DNA from: an uncultured Clostridia bacterium
GTDB taxonomy: Bacteria > Bacillota > Clostridia > TANB77 > CAG-508
Length of the DNA stretch: 64,000 nucleotides
Reading direction: 5' to 3'
Assembly: GCA_947625645.1 (NCBI GenBank)
Contig: CANQPE010000001.1
Coordinates: 10,978 to 74,977, forward strand
A program made the translations under genes and the position numbers. The notes beneath the pieces are model-generated. The model ran no database searches. It worked only from the letters and a program-made list of their open reading frames with translations, and was not told the DNA's origin. The first letter of the stretch is position 1; every line of letters begins with the position of its first letter. Of the stretch, positions 8,879-19,300 are shown piece after piece.

Positions 8879-9346
8879 ATGGACTCTTATATGGAGAAAG
8901 CTTATAAAAATGCCATACATGGGATCGAAGAAAAGCAAGGAGGTCCTTTTGGGGCAGTGGTCGTTGACAGTCATGGCACCATTGTTGGGAATGGAAATAA
9001 TCGTGTGTTTAAAAATTGTGATCCGACGGCACATGCTGAAATTGTTGCCATTCGTGATGCTTGCCAAACGTTACATACAAATGATTTATCTGGTTGCACA
9101 TTATATACCACATGTGAACCATGTCCTATGTGCCTTTCTGCTATTGTATGGTCTAATATCAAAACATTTTATTTTGGATGTACGCGAAAAGATGCAGCAA
9201 ATATTGGTTTTCGAGATGATTTACTTTATGAATATCTGAAAAATAGCCAGCAACATGAAAATTTAATCCAAGCCATTCCTCTTGATAGAAACGCTTGCTT
9301 GGGTGCTTTTGAAAAATATGTAAAAGATGGTGGTATTCTTTATTAA
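8879..9346 (+). CDS. guaD: Guanine deaminase (CDA-fold, GuaD-like)
   Basis: GGPFGAVVV, DPTAHAEI and TCEPCPMC motifs. The length and sequence closely resemble B. subtilis GuaD. ATG 8879 lies 7 nt after GGAGG. Confidence 0.8.
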   Translation: MDSYMEKAYKNAIHGIEEKQGGPFGAVVVDSHGTIVGNGNNRVFKNCDPTAHAEIVAIRDACQTLHTNDLSGCTLYTTCEPCPMCLSAIVWSNIKTFYFGCTRKDAANIGFRDDLLYEYLKNSQQHENLIQAIPLDRNACLGAFEKYVKDGGILY

Positions 9347-9354
9347 CAATAAAA

Positions 9355-9400
9355 TGGAATTAAGATTTCTATTTCTTATAAACTCTTAATTCCACTTTTT
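9355..9400 (+). terminator. Terminator between convergent guaD and the glucan synthase gene
   Basis: Stem tggaattaag / cttaattcca with a 20-nt loop, followed by CTTTTT. Confidence 0.45.
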
Positions 9401-9407
9401 CGTTTCA

Positions 9408-12400
9408 TTACATGACAACTTCTACATTCACAACGCCTTTGTTTTGCTCCAATCGAATGGCATTTTCTGCTTCTGCGTCATTTACCAGTACTTTACTGAC
9501 ACCTGTATTTTTTCCTTCAGGATTTTCTACTACAATGTTGTAAAGGGTATTGCCCCATTTGTAACGCATACTGTATGTTTTCCATTCTTTTGGAATGCAT
9601 GGTTTGATGGTTAACACTCCATTTTGTACCTTTAGTCCTAGAATATATTCTATTCCTGCTTTGTAGTACCAACTTGAAGACCCTGTGTACCAAGTCCAAC
9701 CACCTCTTCCTGCTAAGTTGCCTGCTCCATAAATATCTGCTGGTATCACATATGGTTCTACTTTATATTTTTTAGCTGTTTCTTTTGTTCTACTGTGTTC
9801 AATTGGATTTATCATTCTGTATAACTCTAATGCTTTATCACCAAATCCAAGCATGGCCTCCGCAATAATCACCCAAATGGCTGCATGTGTATATTGTCCT
9901 CCATTTTCTCTTACCCCTGGTAGATACGCTTTTATATAACCTGGCTGTAATTTTCCTTTTTCAAATGGGGGGTCTAATAATTTGATAATTCCATTTTCCT
10001 TGTCAACAAGATGATTTTCCAAACTTTCTAATGAAATATATTTTTTATCATTATCTCCTGCTTCTGAAATTGTCGCCCAACTTTGTGCAATGCTGTCAAT
10101 TCTGCATTCTTCATTTTCCATACTCCCTAATGCTTGTCCATCATCTGTATACGCTCTTTTATACCATCTGCCATCCCAACCACTTGTATTAAGAGCTTTT
10201 TTCAAATCTTGTTTGATTTTTTCATAGCGCTCGACTCGTTCCATCTCTCCCTTTTCCTGAACAATTGGAATAAATTGTGTTAAAATATTGTATAAGAAAA
10301 ATCCTAACCAAATACTTTCTCCTTTTCCTTGATTTCCTACCTCATTCATACCGTCATTCCAATCTCCAGAACCAATTTTAGGAATGCCATGTTCCCCAAA
10401 TTGCAAACTTTTTTCAATCGCTTTGATGCAATGGTCATAAATTGTACCTGTCATTTCGCTTGCTTCATACTTATCATATTTTTCATCTTGCCCTTCTTCT
10501 AGAACGTTTCCTTTTAAATATGGTGTTTGAATCTCTAATATTTGCTTATCACCTGTAAACTGAATATATTCTATTGTAACATACACAAGCCATAACAAAT
10601 CATCCGAAAATCTAGTTCTAATTCCTCTTCCCGTTTCCTCATGCCACCAATGCTCTACATCACCTTCTTCAAACTGATGCTCACTATGTTTGATAATCTG
10701 GTCCTTCAAATATTGTGGATCAATATATTTTAAAGAAAGCGTATCTTGTAATTGGTCTCGAAATCCAAAAGCACCTCCTGATTGATAATACCCTGTTCTG
10801 GCAAGCAATCGACTTGTAATGGTTTGATATGGAATCCAACCATTTAGCAAAATGTTAAAAGAATCTAGTGGCGTATATACTTGCAAATTTTCTAACTGAT
10901 GTTTCCATTCATTTTTTACACGTTCTAACTCTTGCTTGCAATTTTGGATTTTACTATATTTATAACTATTATTTTTACAATCTAAAATATTATTTTCTAC
11001 TCCCAAAACCATAGATATTTCTTTTTGTCCAAAACTTTCAATTTCAACCTCAATTTCATAAGCAATACAACTGCGATTTCCTAAACTGTTTTCATGATTT
11101 AACATTTCTTTTTTCAATCCATCAGGATTTCCAATTCCACCTTGTCCCAAAAAAAATGTTTTATCTCCTGTATAAGACTTAATTGGTTCACTGCTTGACA
11201 CATACATATGGTTTACAAATTCACTACTGTATAAATTTTGTGCCAAAATCGTATTGCTATTTTGGTCAAACTGTAAATCAATATAAGGAGCAATTTTTTG
11301 CTCATCTTCTCCTAAAACTGGTTTACTATAATAATAAATCTTTAACCTTTTCCTATTGGGTGTTGTATTTTTTAACGTTAAAATTTGTACTTTAATACTA
11401 TCTTCCTTTGGTACATATACTTCTAACTCCTGCTCTATTCCATCACTTCTGTGTTTATAGATACAATACCCAAACCCATATATCACTTGATAATTATGGT
11501 TATCTGGCATTGGGTTTAATCCTAATGACCACGCCTGCTTGGTATCTTTATCTTTTAGATAAATCACTTCCGAAGGAATATCATAGTTTGGCATATTTGC
11601 CCACGATGTCACTCTATTTAATCTACTATTTTGATACCACGTATATCCTCCCATATTTTCTGTCATCAGTGTTCCAAACTTCTTATTTGTCAACAAATGT
11701 GACCATACTGTTGGTAGTCGGTTCTGTCGATTCATTCTAATGACATATTCTTTTCCATCACTAGAAAATGCGCCATATTCATTATTATATTTTAACTCAT
11801 CTAGTTCTTTTAGTAAATCGCTATCCGTTTCATCTTCTTCTATGAATATTGGTGTTTGTTCTTCATTGCTAATCATTTTGGTCTTTTCCAAATATTCTTC
11901 TTCAATTTCATTCATCGCATTTTGGAGGCTTCCCCTATCGCTGTCAATAATAATGGTTGCAACAAACGTCAATAATTCTATATCTTTTTTATTAATTTCA
12001 TTTTTATTTAATTCAAAAATTCCACCTCTCACATTCTTTAGATATGTCATGTTGGCATTAAACACAAGATTTTCAATTTCTTCTCTGACATAATTTTCAT
12101 AACTATGCTTTTCTTCATCTATGATGACTAATTCAACTTCAATTCTTTTCACTCTAAAAAACTCATATGCTTTCAAAACTTCTTTAACACAATCTACATC
12201 ATTAGCATTTTTTACTTTGACTAATATGATTGGCAAATCCCCAGATATACCATACTTCCATAGTTCGCTCTGATAATATCTTTGCTTTGGTAAGTTTCTT
12301 AAGTTCTTTCGTTTTCCTGGATTTGCAAACAAAATATAAGAAAGCATTTGTTGGTACTGTTCCATCTCTGGTGCTTTCATGCGAAGATATCTACTTTGTG

Positions 12401-15400
12401 CTTCCACTTTTGCCTTTGATATTTCAAATGCTTTTTCTACAGTTTCTTTCATTTTATATTTCTTCACATTTTCTAACAAAAGTGGCTTACTTTCTCCAAC
12501 AGATACAATTAAATTAAGTTCTATTTCCTCTTGTGGTTTTAGTTTTATGGTTCTTTTTAATGCTACAATTCCTTCTGTCACAAGTCCAATTTTTTGCGAT
12601 AATGGTGTTGAATTTTGAATCATTTCCGGAATATAAATATTACCTCTTCCTGCAAATTTTTCTTTATCAATTTCATATTCCAATTTTCCAACAGTTTCAT
12701 CATCTGTAGCCAATAAACTAGCTACTAAATACAATTGAGTTTCTTCTTTCGACCTTTTCTTTCTTTGTATGACAACACTGTTGGTTTCTTCGTCATAGTC
12801 AAAAATTAAAAATAAATTGTTAAACACTGGATGAGCATCATCTTGTGCCTTTTTAGACAAAATTGGTTCAAAATACGCATTTACCTCTAATACTTCTTCC
12901 TCTAGCCCTCTATTTTCAAGTGTCACTCTTCTAATTTCTGTAGCATCATCTGGGCTAATTATGGTTTCAATTTTTGTATGAATATTATCTTGCTCCATTT
13001 CTTGTTCCACTTTGTCTGGCATAAAACTAATTTTATAATGATTTTCTTGATTTTGCTTTAAAGAACTCCATATATTTTTTGTACGAATATTTTTAATGGT
13101 AATAAAAATTCCTTGAGGATAATCATCTGTTTCTTTATATCGGTTAATGTAAATCTCTTTATATTTACTAAACCCTTCTCCTTTTTGGTTCATAGCAACT
13201 ACATAATCGTCATTAGATATCACATTTCCTCGAATGAATCTGTTATCTAGTTTGGTATATGTGACGATGCTATAATCTTCATAGTCTGTATAAACTGGTT
13301 TTTCTACTTTTTCCTTCGTTTCTTTGGTAATAATTGCCGTTTCTGGCATCGTTTCTTGTAACAATATTGTGGTACTTGCAATTTCTGGATTTTGGACAAA
13401 ACGTTTTTGTAAAATACGATTGTTCATTAAATTATTAATTGAAAGTAAAATTAATGCTTGATGATGTGCCATATAAGTTTTAACTGGCTGTGCTTGTTTT
13501 CCTTTTTCTATTCTTTCTGGTGTAAAATCAATAGATTCATAAAATCCATATTTTCCATACATTCCATAATTTTCTAACTGCTTTAAGTTTTGTATGACCT
13601 TTTTTGGTTCCTCTGTAATAGCAAGCACACTTCCATATGTGGCCACTACCATTTCATCTGCTAACCCTCTTTTTAGACCTAACCATGGAATTCCAAATGC
13701 TTTATATTGGTAATTTCCTTGTAAATCTTTGACATTAAAGGCTGCTTCTGATATGCCCCATGGTATTTGCAACTCTTTTGCGTACTCTATTTGGCTTTTA
13801 ATCATAAACTGGCAGGACTCATCTAACAAACTCCCTTCATATTTTGGCATATTAATATTAGGCATTAAATATTCAAAAGAGGTTCCTGACCACGAAATCA
13901 GTCCTTTGTATTTTCCTAAGGTTGTTAATGTTCTGCTAAGTTTGCTCCAATGTTTTGCTGGTATATCTCTTTTGCTAATGGCTATAAAACTTGCTTGCCT
14001 TGCTTCTGAAGCCAATAAATCATAATACGAATCTGTTAATTTATTTTCTTCAATATTATACCCTATTGAGAAAATTTGATGTTCTTTGTTATATAGCTGT
14101 AAAAAATCAGTCTCTCGAATTGCCGTCTCTAAATAGGAAATCATCGATTGAATATTAGGTTCTGGCTTTTCCTGATATACATTTTCCAAAAACGCTTTCG
14201 TTGTATAAAGATATCCCACAAAATTCCCACTATCAACTGTTGAGATATACCTCGGATTCAATGGCTTTTTACTTTTCGTTTCATACCAGTTATATAAATG
14301 TCCATTCCATTTTTCAAGCTCTTCTATTGTTTTTATCATATTGCCTAACAATTCAATTGCCTTTTCTTGTGAAATAAACTGTAAATCATAGGCTGAAATA
14401 ACTGCTAACAGAGATAACCCAATATTAGTTGAAGACGTACGATACACTGCTTTTTGCTTTCGGTCTTCTTGATAATTATCTGTTATTAAATAATGATTTT
14501 CTTCTGTTAAATAGGTTTCAAAAAATTGCCAAGTTCGTTTTGCAATATCCAATAGATACTTCGTTTCTTCACTGGTTATGCTATCTTTTGCCTCTTTTTC
14601 CATCATTTCTTTACTAATCTTTTGCATTACATAAGGCGTTAGTAACCATAAAATGCCAAGTAAGATTCCAAAAAAACTGTTTGAAATAGAAAGTACAATA
14701 ACAATTACTCCTGCAATACTATTGGCTACCATTTGTCTATAATAAGAAACAATATCTGTTTTGGCCTGTTTTTCTGCTTCTTCTGAAGTTGTCCATTCTA
14801 ATAAATGCTTTTTGGTTACCGTTTTTCTGTAGATGGTTTGACAAATTGCTTTTGCTGAAATATATGCTTTATATGGCAAACACCCTAATGTTAAAACCGC
14901 CCTCATCAAAATTCCTTTTGTTCCTGTTATTTTTTGCGTATATGTCTTTAATTTTTGCTCCCCTTCTTTTTTAAAAATCCACTTGTTAACCAATTCTAAA
15001 ATTTGTGGTAAAATAACAATCCCCATTAAAACTATCTGTGCCCACTTTATGGGATAGGTATATATAAGCGCAATCAAGATGGATATTTCCAAAAGACTTC
15101 TTCTTAAGTTATCTGTTATCTTGTACTTTGAAAGCAAATTTAATTTCTCGCTTTTTAACCAATTGGTAATTTGCCAATCTCCTCGAATCCATCGAGAAAG
15201 TCGATTCATAAAACTCAAATATTTTGTAGGATATCCATCCATTAAAATCACATCTGAAGCCAATCCACACCTTAGATAGCAGCCTTCTAGTAAATCATGA
15301 CTTAGTACCGTATTTTCTGGTATTTCATGTTTTAATACTTTTGAAAATACTGCTACATCATAGATGCCTTTTCCTGTAAAAATTCCTTCATTAAAATTAT

Positions 15401-17426
15401 CTTGATATACATCTGAAATGGCATTTGTATAACTGTCTAATCCGCCTGTCCCAGCAAATATTTTTGTAAAATTTGTTTTTAAACTGACATCTAAGTTAAT
15501 TCCTACACGTGGTTGCATCATTCCATACCCTTCTACAACCACATTTTTTCGTTCATCTATCACAGGCTGGTTTAAAATATGGGCCATGGCACCTATCAAC
15601 TCATGGGCTGTGTTTAAAATAAGGTCTGTATCTGCATCTAATGTAATCACATACTTAATGTTAGGAATTTGCTTTCCTTCTAACGTGTTGCATAAAAATA
15701 CATTCTCACAATTTCCCAATAGATATTCATTGAATTGGTTTAATAAGCCTCTTTTTCGTTCCCAACCCAAGTAGCTTTCTTCTTTTGCGTTCCATTCTCT
15801 TTCACGATACAAAAAATGAAAAATAGGAAACTCACTCTTATATTTTTGATTTAACCTTTCTACTTCTGCCTTGCCTTCTTCCATGACTTCTGTATCAAAT
15901 GGTTCTTGCTTTTTGGTGCTTTCTGAGCAGTCTCCTAATAGAGCAAAATATAAATTAGGAGATTGGTTTGCTACATAGTATACTTCCAATTTTTGCATTA
16001 ATTCTCTCACTTTTTGTTTACTTTTTATGATAGTAGGAATCACAACCATAGTGGCCTGTTCTTTTGGTATTCCTGTTTCATAATCCATCTTTGGAATTAA
16101 TTTTGGTTTGACAATTTTGTTTGAAATATATTGCACTATTTGTGTGACTATTTCACTACATGGGATGAGCCATATCAAAAAAGAAATCATAGCAAACATC
16201 ATGCTTTTGGTTTGTATTCCCATAATACTAGCAATTCCAAAAGAAATCGTGACAGTTGTAGCGCCTAAAAGTAGTACAAATTGTTTCACTTTTGTCTCTG
16301 GTTTTGTATATTTCATTTTTCCATTTAACGCTTGATACAAAATTGGGAGACCTTCATCTATTAAATAATATCCAATATGTGCTTTTTTGCCTTCTTTTGC
16401 TTGTGCAATTTCTAACATTTTTTTGGCAATATAAATTTCTGATATTTTTGTTTTCTTAGAAATTTCTTTTATTTTATTGCGGTAATATTCTTTTGTTCGA
16501 TAATCCATATTAGGGTATACGCCGCTGGGGTCTTGTCTTAATATGTCTTCTACACCATTTATTTTTTCAAAAATTTCTAAAAAATTAATACGTTGTACCA
16601 TTTTTAAACTAGTAATACTATTGCCCATTTGTACCTTTTGAATGGCAATATCAAAATGCTCTTTTTGTATTACTTCTTCTACTGTAAATCCCAATTTTTC
16701 TACAATTTCTTCTAAAATGGTTTGATATACAATTCCCTTTTTTCCATATCGTTTTAGAATATATGACATATATTCTATAAAAGGAAATGGCATGTCCTGT
16801 TTTCCTGATTGATATGATATATTCGTTTTTCCTGTATTTTCAATGAGTGTTTTGGCAATATTTTCTGCTTTTTGTCTTTGCATTTGTGCATTTGCTATTT
16901 TTTCCGAAATTTTACGAATATTTTGGATAATAGCAATCTGAAGCATGATTCCAATATTCCAAATTTCATCCATACTTAATGTCTTATTAATTTGATAACT
17001 TTTTAAATATTCTTCTAAACTTTCTTTTTCAATTTTATTTTCTGTATACGCAACAATTTCTGTTGCTAGCACATACACTCTGCTAAATCCTACATATTCT
17101 CCATTCGCCAGTCCTACAAAGTTTTTATATTTTTTTAGTGTTAATTCTTTTTGGATTTGTTTGACTGTTTCTTCTATGATATAAAAATTGTCTAATAGCC
17201 ATTCTCCTGCGGGATGTATATTAATATGTTGTTTTAAGTGTTCATTTAATAATTGATACACTTCTTTAATTACCATATAATCTTCCATTAAACTTGGGAT
17301 AGGATATGTGTCTTTTTGAGATTGCTGTGTGGTATTATGACTTGCTGCTATTTTCTCAAGATGTTTTTTGAGTTGTTCTTTTTCCAACAATGTACCATTA
17401 ATTTTTAATCTTCTATTTTCTTTCAA
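9408..17426 (-). CDS. Cyclic beta-1,2-glucan synthase-like giant protein (GT84-like transferase + TM segments + GH94-like phosphorylase region)
   Basis: Uninterrupted 2672-aa ORF. It has a GT-A LDADTD motif, several TM clusters, and a C-terminal third with GH94 hallmarks (GFRDQLQD, GDWNDGMN, GGQYTHAA, GGWTWYTGSSSWYY). The architecture matches Cgs/NdvB. Confidence 0.8.
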   Translation of the reverse strand: MKENRRLKINGTLLEKEQLKKHLEKIAASHNTTQQSQKDTYPIPSLMEDYMVIKEVYQLLNEHLKQHINIHPAGEWLLDNFYIIEETVKQIQKELTLKKYKNFVGLANGEYVGFSRVYVLATEIVAYTENKIEKESLEEYLKSYQINKTLSMDEIWNIGIMLQIAIIQNIRKISEKIANAQMQRQKAENIAKTLIENTGKTNISYQSGKQDMPFPFIEYMSYILKRYGKKGIVYQTILEEIVEKLGFTVEEVIQKEHFDIAIQKVQMGNSITSLKMVQRINFLEIFEKINGVEDILRQDPSGVYPNMDYRTKEYYRNKIKEISKKTKISEIYIAKKMLEIAQAKEGKKAHIGYYLIDEGLPILYQALNGKMKYTKPETKVKQFVLLLGATTVTISFGIASIMGIQTKSMMFAMISFLIWLIPCSEIVTQIVQYISNKIVKPKLIPKMDYETGIPKEQATMVVIPTIIKSKQKVRELMQKLEVYYVANQSPNLYFALLGDCSESTKKQEPFDTEVMEEGKAEVERLNQKYKSEFPIFHFLYREREWNAKEESYLGWERKRGLLNQFNEYLLGNCENVFLCNTLEGKQIPNIKYVITLDADTDLILNTAHELIGAMAHILNQPVIDERKNVVVEGYGMMQPRVGINLDVSLKTNFTKIFAGTGGLDSYTNAISDVYQDNFNEGIFTGKGIYDVAVFSKVLKHEIPENTVLSHDLLEGCYLRCGLASDVILMDGYPTKYLSFMNRLSRWIRGDWQITNWLKSEKLNLLSKYKITDNLRRSLLEISILIALIYTYPIKWAQIVLMGIVILPQILELVNKWIFKKEGEQKLKTYTQKITGTKGILMRAVLTLGCLPYKAYISAKAICQTIYRKTVTKKHLLEWTTSEEAEKQAKTDIVSYYRQMVANSIAGVIVIVLSISNSFFGILLGILWLLTPYVMQKISKEMMEKEAKDSITSEETKYLLDIAKRTWQFFETYLTEENHYLITDNYQEDRKQKAVYRTSSTNIGLSLLAVISAYDLQFISQEKAIELLGNMIKTIEELEKWNGHLYNWYETKSKKPLNPRYISTVDSGNFVGYLYTTKAFLENVYQEKPEPNIQSMISYLETAIRETDFLQLYNKEHQIFSIGYNIEENKLTDSYYDLLASEARQASFIAISKRDIPAKHWSKLSRTLTTLGKYKGLISWSGTSFEYLMPNINMPKYEGSLLDESCQFMIKSQIEYAKELQIPWGISEAAFNVKDLQGNYQYKAFGIPWLGLKRGLADEMVVATYGSVLAITEEPKKVIQNLKQLENYGMYGKYGFYESIDFTPERIEKGKQAQPVKTYMAHHQALILLSINNLMNNRILQKRFVQNPEIASTTILLQETMPETAIITKETKEKVEKPVYTDYEDYSIVTYTKLDNRFIRGNVISNDDYVVAMNQKGEGFSKYKEIYINRYKETDDYPQGIFITIKNIRTKNIWSSLKQNQENHYKISFMPDKVEQEMEQDNIHTKIETIISPDDATEIRRVTLENRGLEEEVLEVNAYFEPILSKKAQDDAHPVFNNLFLIFDYDEETNSVVIQRKKRSKEETQLYLVASLLATDDETVGKLEYEIDKEKFAGRGNIYIPEMIQNSTPLSQKIGLVTEGIVALKRTIKLKPQEEIELNLIVSVGESKPLLLENVKKYKMKETVEKAFEISKAKVEAQSRYLRMKAPEMEQYQQMLSYILFANPGKRKNLRNLPKQRYYQSELWKYGISGDLPIILVKVKNANDVDCVKEVLKAYEFFRVKRIEVELVIIDEEKHSYENYVREEIENLVFNANMTYLKNVRGGIFELNKNEINKKDIELLTFVATIIIDSDRGSLQNAMNEIEEEYLEKTKMISNEEQTPIFIEEDETDSDLLKELDELKYNNEYGAFSSDGKEYVIRMNRQNRLPTVWSHLLTNKKFGTLMTENMGGYTWYQNSRLNRVTSWANMPNYDIPSEVIYLKDKDTKQAWSLGLNPMPDNHNYQVIYGFGYCIYKHRSDGIEQELEVYVPKEDSIKVQILTLKNTTPNRKRLKIYYYSKPVLGEDEQKIAPYIDLQFDQNSNTILAQNLYSSEFVNHMYVSSSEPIKSYTGDKTFFLGQGGIGNPDGLKKEMLNHENSLGNRSCIAYEIEVEIESFGQKEISMVLGVENNILDCKNNSYKYSKIQNCKQELERVKNEWKHQLENLQVYTPLDSFNILLNGWIPYQTITSRLLARTGYYQSGGAFGFRDQLQDTLSLKYIDPQYLKDQIIKHSEHQFEEGDVEHWWHEETGRGIRTRFSDDLLWLVYVTIEYIQFTGDKQILEIQTPYLKGNVLEEGQDEKYDKYEASEMTGTIYDHCIKAIEKSLQFGEHGIPKIGSGDWNDGMNEVGNQGKGESIWLGFFLYNILTQFIPIVQEKGEMERVERYEKIKQDLKKALNTSGWDGRWYKRAYTDDGQALGSMENEECRIDSIAQSWATISEAGDNDKKYISLESLENHLVDKENGIIKLLDPPFEKGKLQPGYIKAYLPGVRENGGQYTHAAIWVIIAEAMLGFGDKALELYRMINPIEHSRTKETAKKYKVEPYVIPADIYGAGNLAGRGGWTWYTGSSSWYYKAGIEYILGLKVQNGVLTIKPCIPKEWKTYSMRYKWGNTLYNIVVENPEGKNTGVSKVLVNDAEAENAIRLEQNKGVVNVEVVM

Positions 17427-17518
17427 AAAAATTCCACTCCTTGCAACTATGTTTTACACATATTGTTTGCAAAAAGTGGATAATTTATACTGTTTTATGA
17501 TTTGTATTTTTAATTCTT

Positions 17519-18427
17519 TTATCGTTCGTTTTCCGTCTCTGCTTTTTCTTGTTTTAAAGCAACTTTTTCTTGTTGTTCCTCCCTTGTACGAACAAATTCT
17601 GCTTCAATAACACGTAAATATTGTGGATTATCTTTTAATTGTAAATAGTGTTCTGCTTTTGTAATGGGATGCTTTCCATCTAAGGTCATCGTTTCTATTA
17701 TTAATGGCACAACCTCTCCATTCGATTTTTCCATTAAGGCTGTGATTGCAGTCTTATTTTCTGGATCTACTTCATTTAAAACGGCAAGTACTTGTTTAAT
17801 TTCTTTTGCTTCTATCCACTGGGTTCCTTCTGATGTTGGCTCTAATCCTGCTAAATAATCTTGGTAATATTTGCCATCCCTTTCATAAACTTGACCGTCA
17901 CCACAAAATTCTCTCACCACTGTCAAATCTTCTTGGTGTATTTGTTCTTCTGGATTGGTTATATTTTCATTATACTTTGTTTCAATGATATTTAATATAT
18001 CTGGATTGCTAATTGGATTTTCAATTTGTGTATCTATGGCTGGTTCTGGTGCTTCCTTTCCGCCTCCTGTTGCTAATGCTATCCCTCCTATTAATATGGC
18101 AATAGGAATAAACCCAGCTATACGCATCTTCTTATTCTTTCTTGTATGTGCTTTTGCTTTTTTTAAATCGTTTGGACTTATTGATTTTAACTTGATACCT
18201 TTTTTCTCCGTTCCTTCTGATAAGATTTTTTCTCTTGCTTTTGTGTAATTAATAATTTTTCTATTTTCTACTTTATTTTCGGCACTTGTAGCCTTTCGCT
18301 GTAATTTTTTTTGCTCTTCTTCTCTTTCCTTCACTTCTTTATAATGTTGATTGACAAATTCCAGTACATCTAGTTTCAAATCATTTGTTTTTTCTTCACT
18401 TGCTTTTGGCATTTTTACATCGTTCAT
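17519..18427 (-). CDS. Hypothetical single-pass membrane protein (charged N-terminus, TM, extracytoplasmic domain)
   Basis: Start MNDVKMPK at 18427, 8 nt after AAGGAGG. TM segment IAGFIPIAILIGGIALATGG. No family recognised. Confidence 0.5.
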   Translation of the reverse strand: MNDVKMPKASEEKTNDLKLDVLEFVNQHYKEVKEREEEQKKLQRKATSAENKVENRKIINYTKAREKILSEGTEKKGIKLKSISPNDLKKAKAHTRKNKKMRIAGFIPIAILIGGIALATGGGKEAPEPAIDTQIENPISNPDILNIIETKYNENITNPEEQIHQEDLTVVREFCGDGQVYERDGKYYQDYLAGLEPTSEGTQWIEAKEIKQVLAVLNEVDPENKTAITALMEKSNGEVVPLIIETMTLDGKHPITKAEHYLQLKDNPQYLRVIEAEFVRTREEQQEKVALKQEKAETENER

Positions 18428-18613
18428 CTTTACTCCTCCTTCGCTTTTGTTTTGTCCCATACTTATATTATACCACTTTTGACACAAACTTGCAACTTTT
18501 TACCATTTTGGTCATAAGATATAGTAATAAACTTTTTCAGTTTATTATAATTGGAATTAAAATTTTCATGCAATAAATTGTTAAGGAAAAAGTTAGAAAG
18601 GAATGTGAAAAAA

Positions 18614-19063
18614 ATGGAAATGGATTATCATAAACCAACTTGCCCTGTTTTAGATATAGATGGTGTTGTTTCAGGAGGGAAACAATTTGATTTAGACATC
18701 GTCTTACCACAAGATGACCGCGATGTTATCTATGGCGTCATTAAAAATTGTTTCAAAGAACCTGTTCGTGATGCTGTTGTCAAATTAGTTGAAATTGTTC
18801 ATGACTGTGGTAAAGAAGAAAGAAGACCTATTGGGCATACATTTACAGATAAAGAAGGGGAATTTGTTTTTGGTCCTCTTTGTCCTGGTAAAAAATACGC
18901 CATTCAAATTTGGGCAAACGCAACAAAAAAAATTAAAATTTGTGCCAAATGTTTCCATGAAGGTTCTTGCTTAAAAGGCGAAAAAACAGAAGAATGTGAT
19001 TGCTTCATAGATGACAAGAAACCTGAAAAATGTGAAAAACCTGAAAAGCCTTGCGCTTATTAA
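18614..19063 (+). CDS. Hypothetical protein with a carboxypeptidase-regulatory-like beta-sandwich and a Cys-rich C-terminal tail
   Basis: MEMDYHKPTCP.. start at 18614. The segment ..VVKLVEIV..HTFTDKEGEFVFGPLCPGKKYAIQIWA resembles CarboxypepD_reg-type domains. Tail: KICAKCFHEGSCLKGEKTEECDCFIDDKKPEKCEKPEKPC. Confidence 0.4.
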   Translation: MEMDYHKPTCPVLDIDGVVSGGKQFDLDIVLPQDDRDVIYGVIKNCFKEPVRDAVVKLVEIVHDCGKEERRPIGHTFTDKEGEFVFGPLCPGKKYAIQIWANATKKIKICAKCFHEGSCLKGEKTEECDCFIDDKKPEKCEKPEKPCAY

Positions 19064-19072
19064 ACTTTGAAA

Positions 19073-19105
19073 GCGAAGACGCATACGCGCCTTCGCCTTT
19101 TTCTT
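19073..19105 (+). terminator. Rho-independent terminator
   Basis: gcgaag..cttcgc stem with GC-rich inner pairs, followed by CTTTTTCTT. Confidence 0.5.
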
Positions 19106-19139
19106 ATGTTTAAAGTTCATACACTCTAACCTGTTTTAT

Positions 19140-19283
19140 TTACCAATTTCCAATTCTTTTCATCATTTGTTTTCCTTTTTTCATCATTTTTTTCTTATTA
19201 GACATCATGTCACTTTCAGCATACATCATTAACATTCCTGTTGCTATAAGTCCCCCTATCATTACACCTTTTGCAAATTTCAT
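19140..19283 (-). CDS. Small hydrophobic/basic protein, 47 aa (below the ORF-track cutoff)
   Basis: Hand translation: MKFAKGVMIGGLIATGMLMMYAESDMMSNKKKMMKKGKQMMKRIGNW*. An AAGGA-like RBS lies upstream. Confidence 0.35.
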   Translation of the reverse strand: MKFAKGVMIGGLIATGMLMMYAESDMMSNKKKMMKKGKQMMKRIGNW

Positions 19284-19300
19284 TTTTATCACTATCCTTT

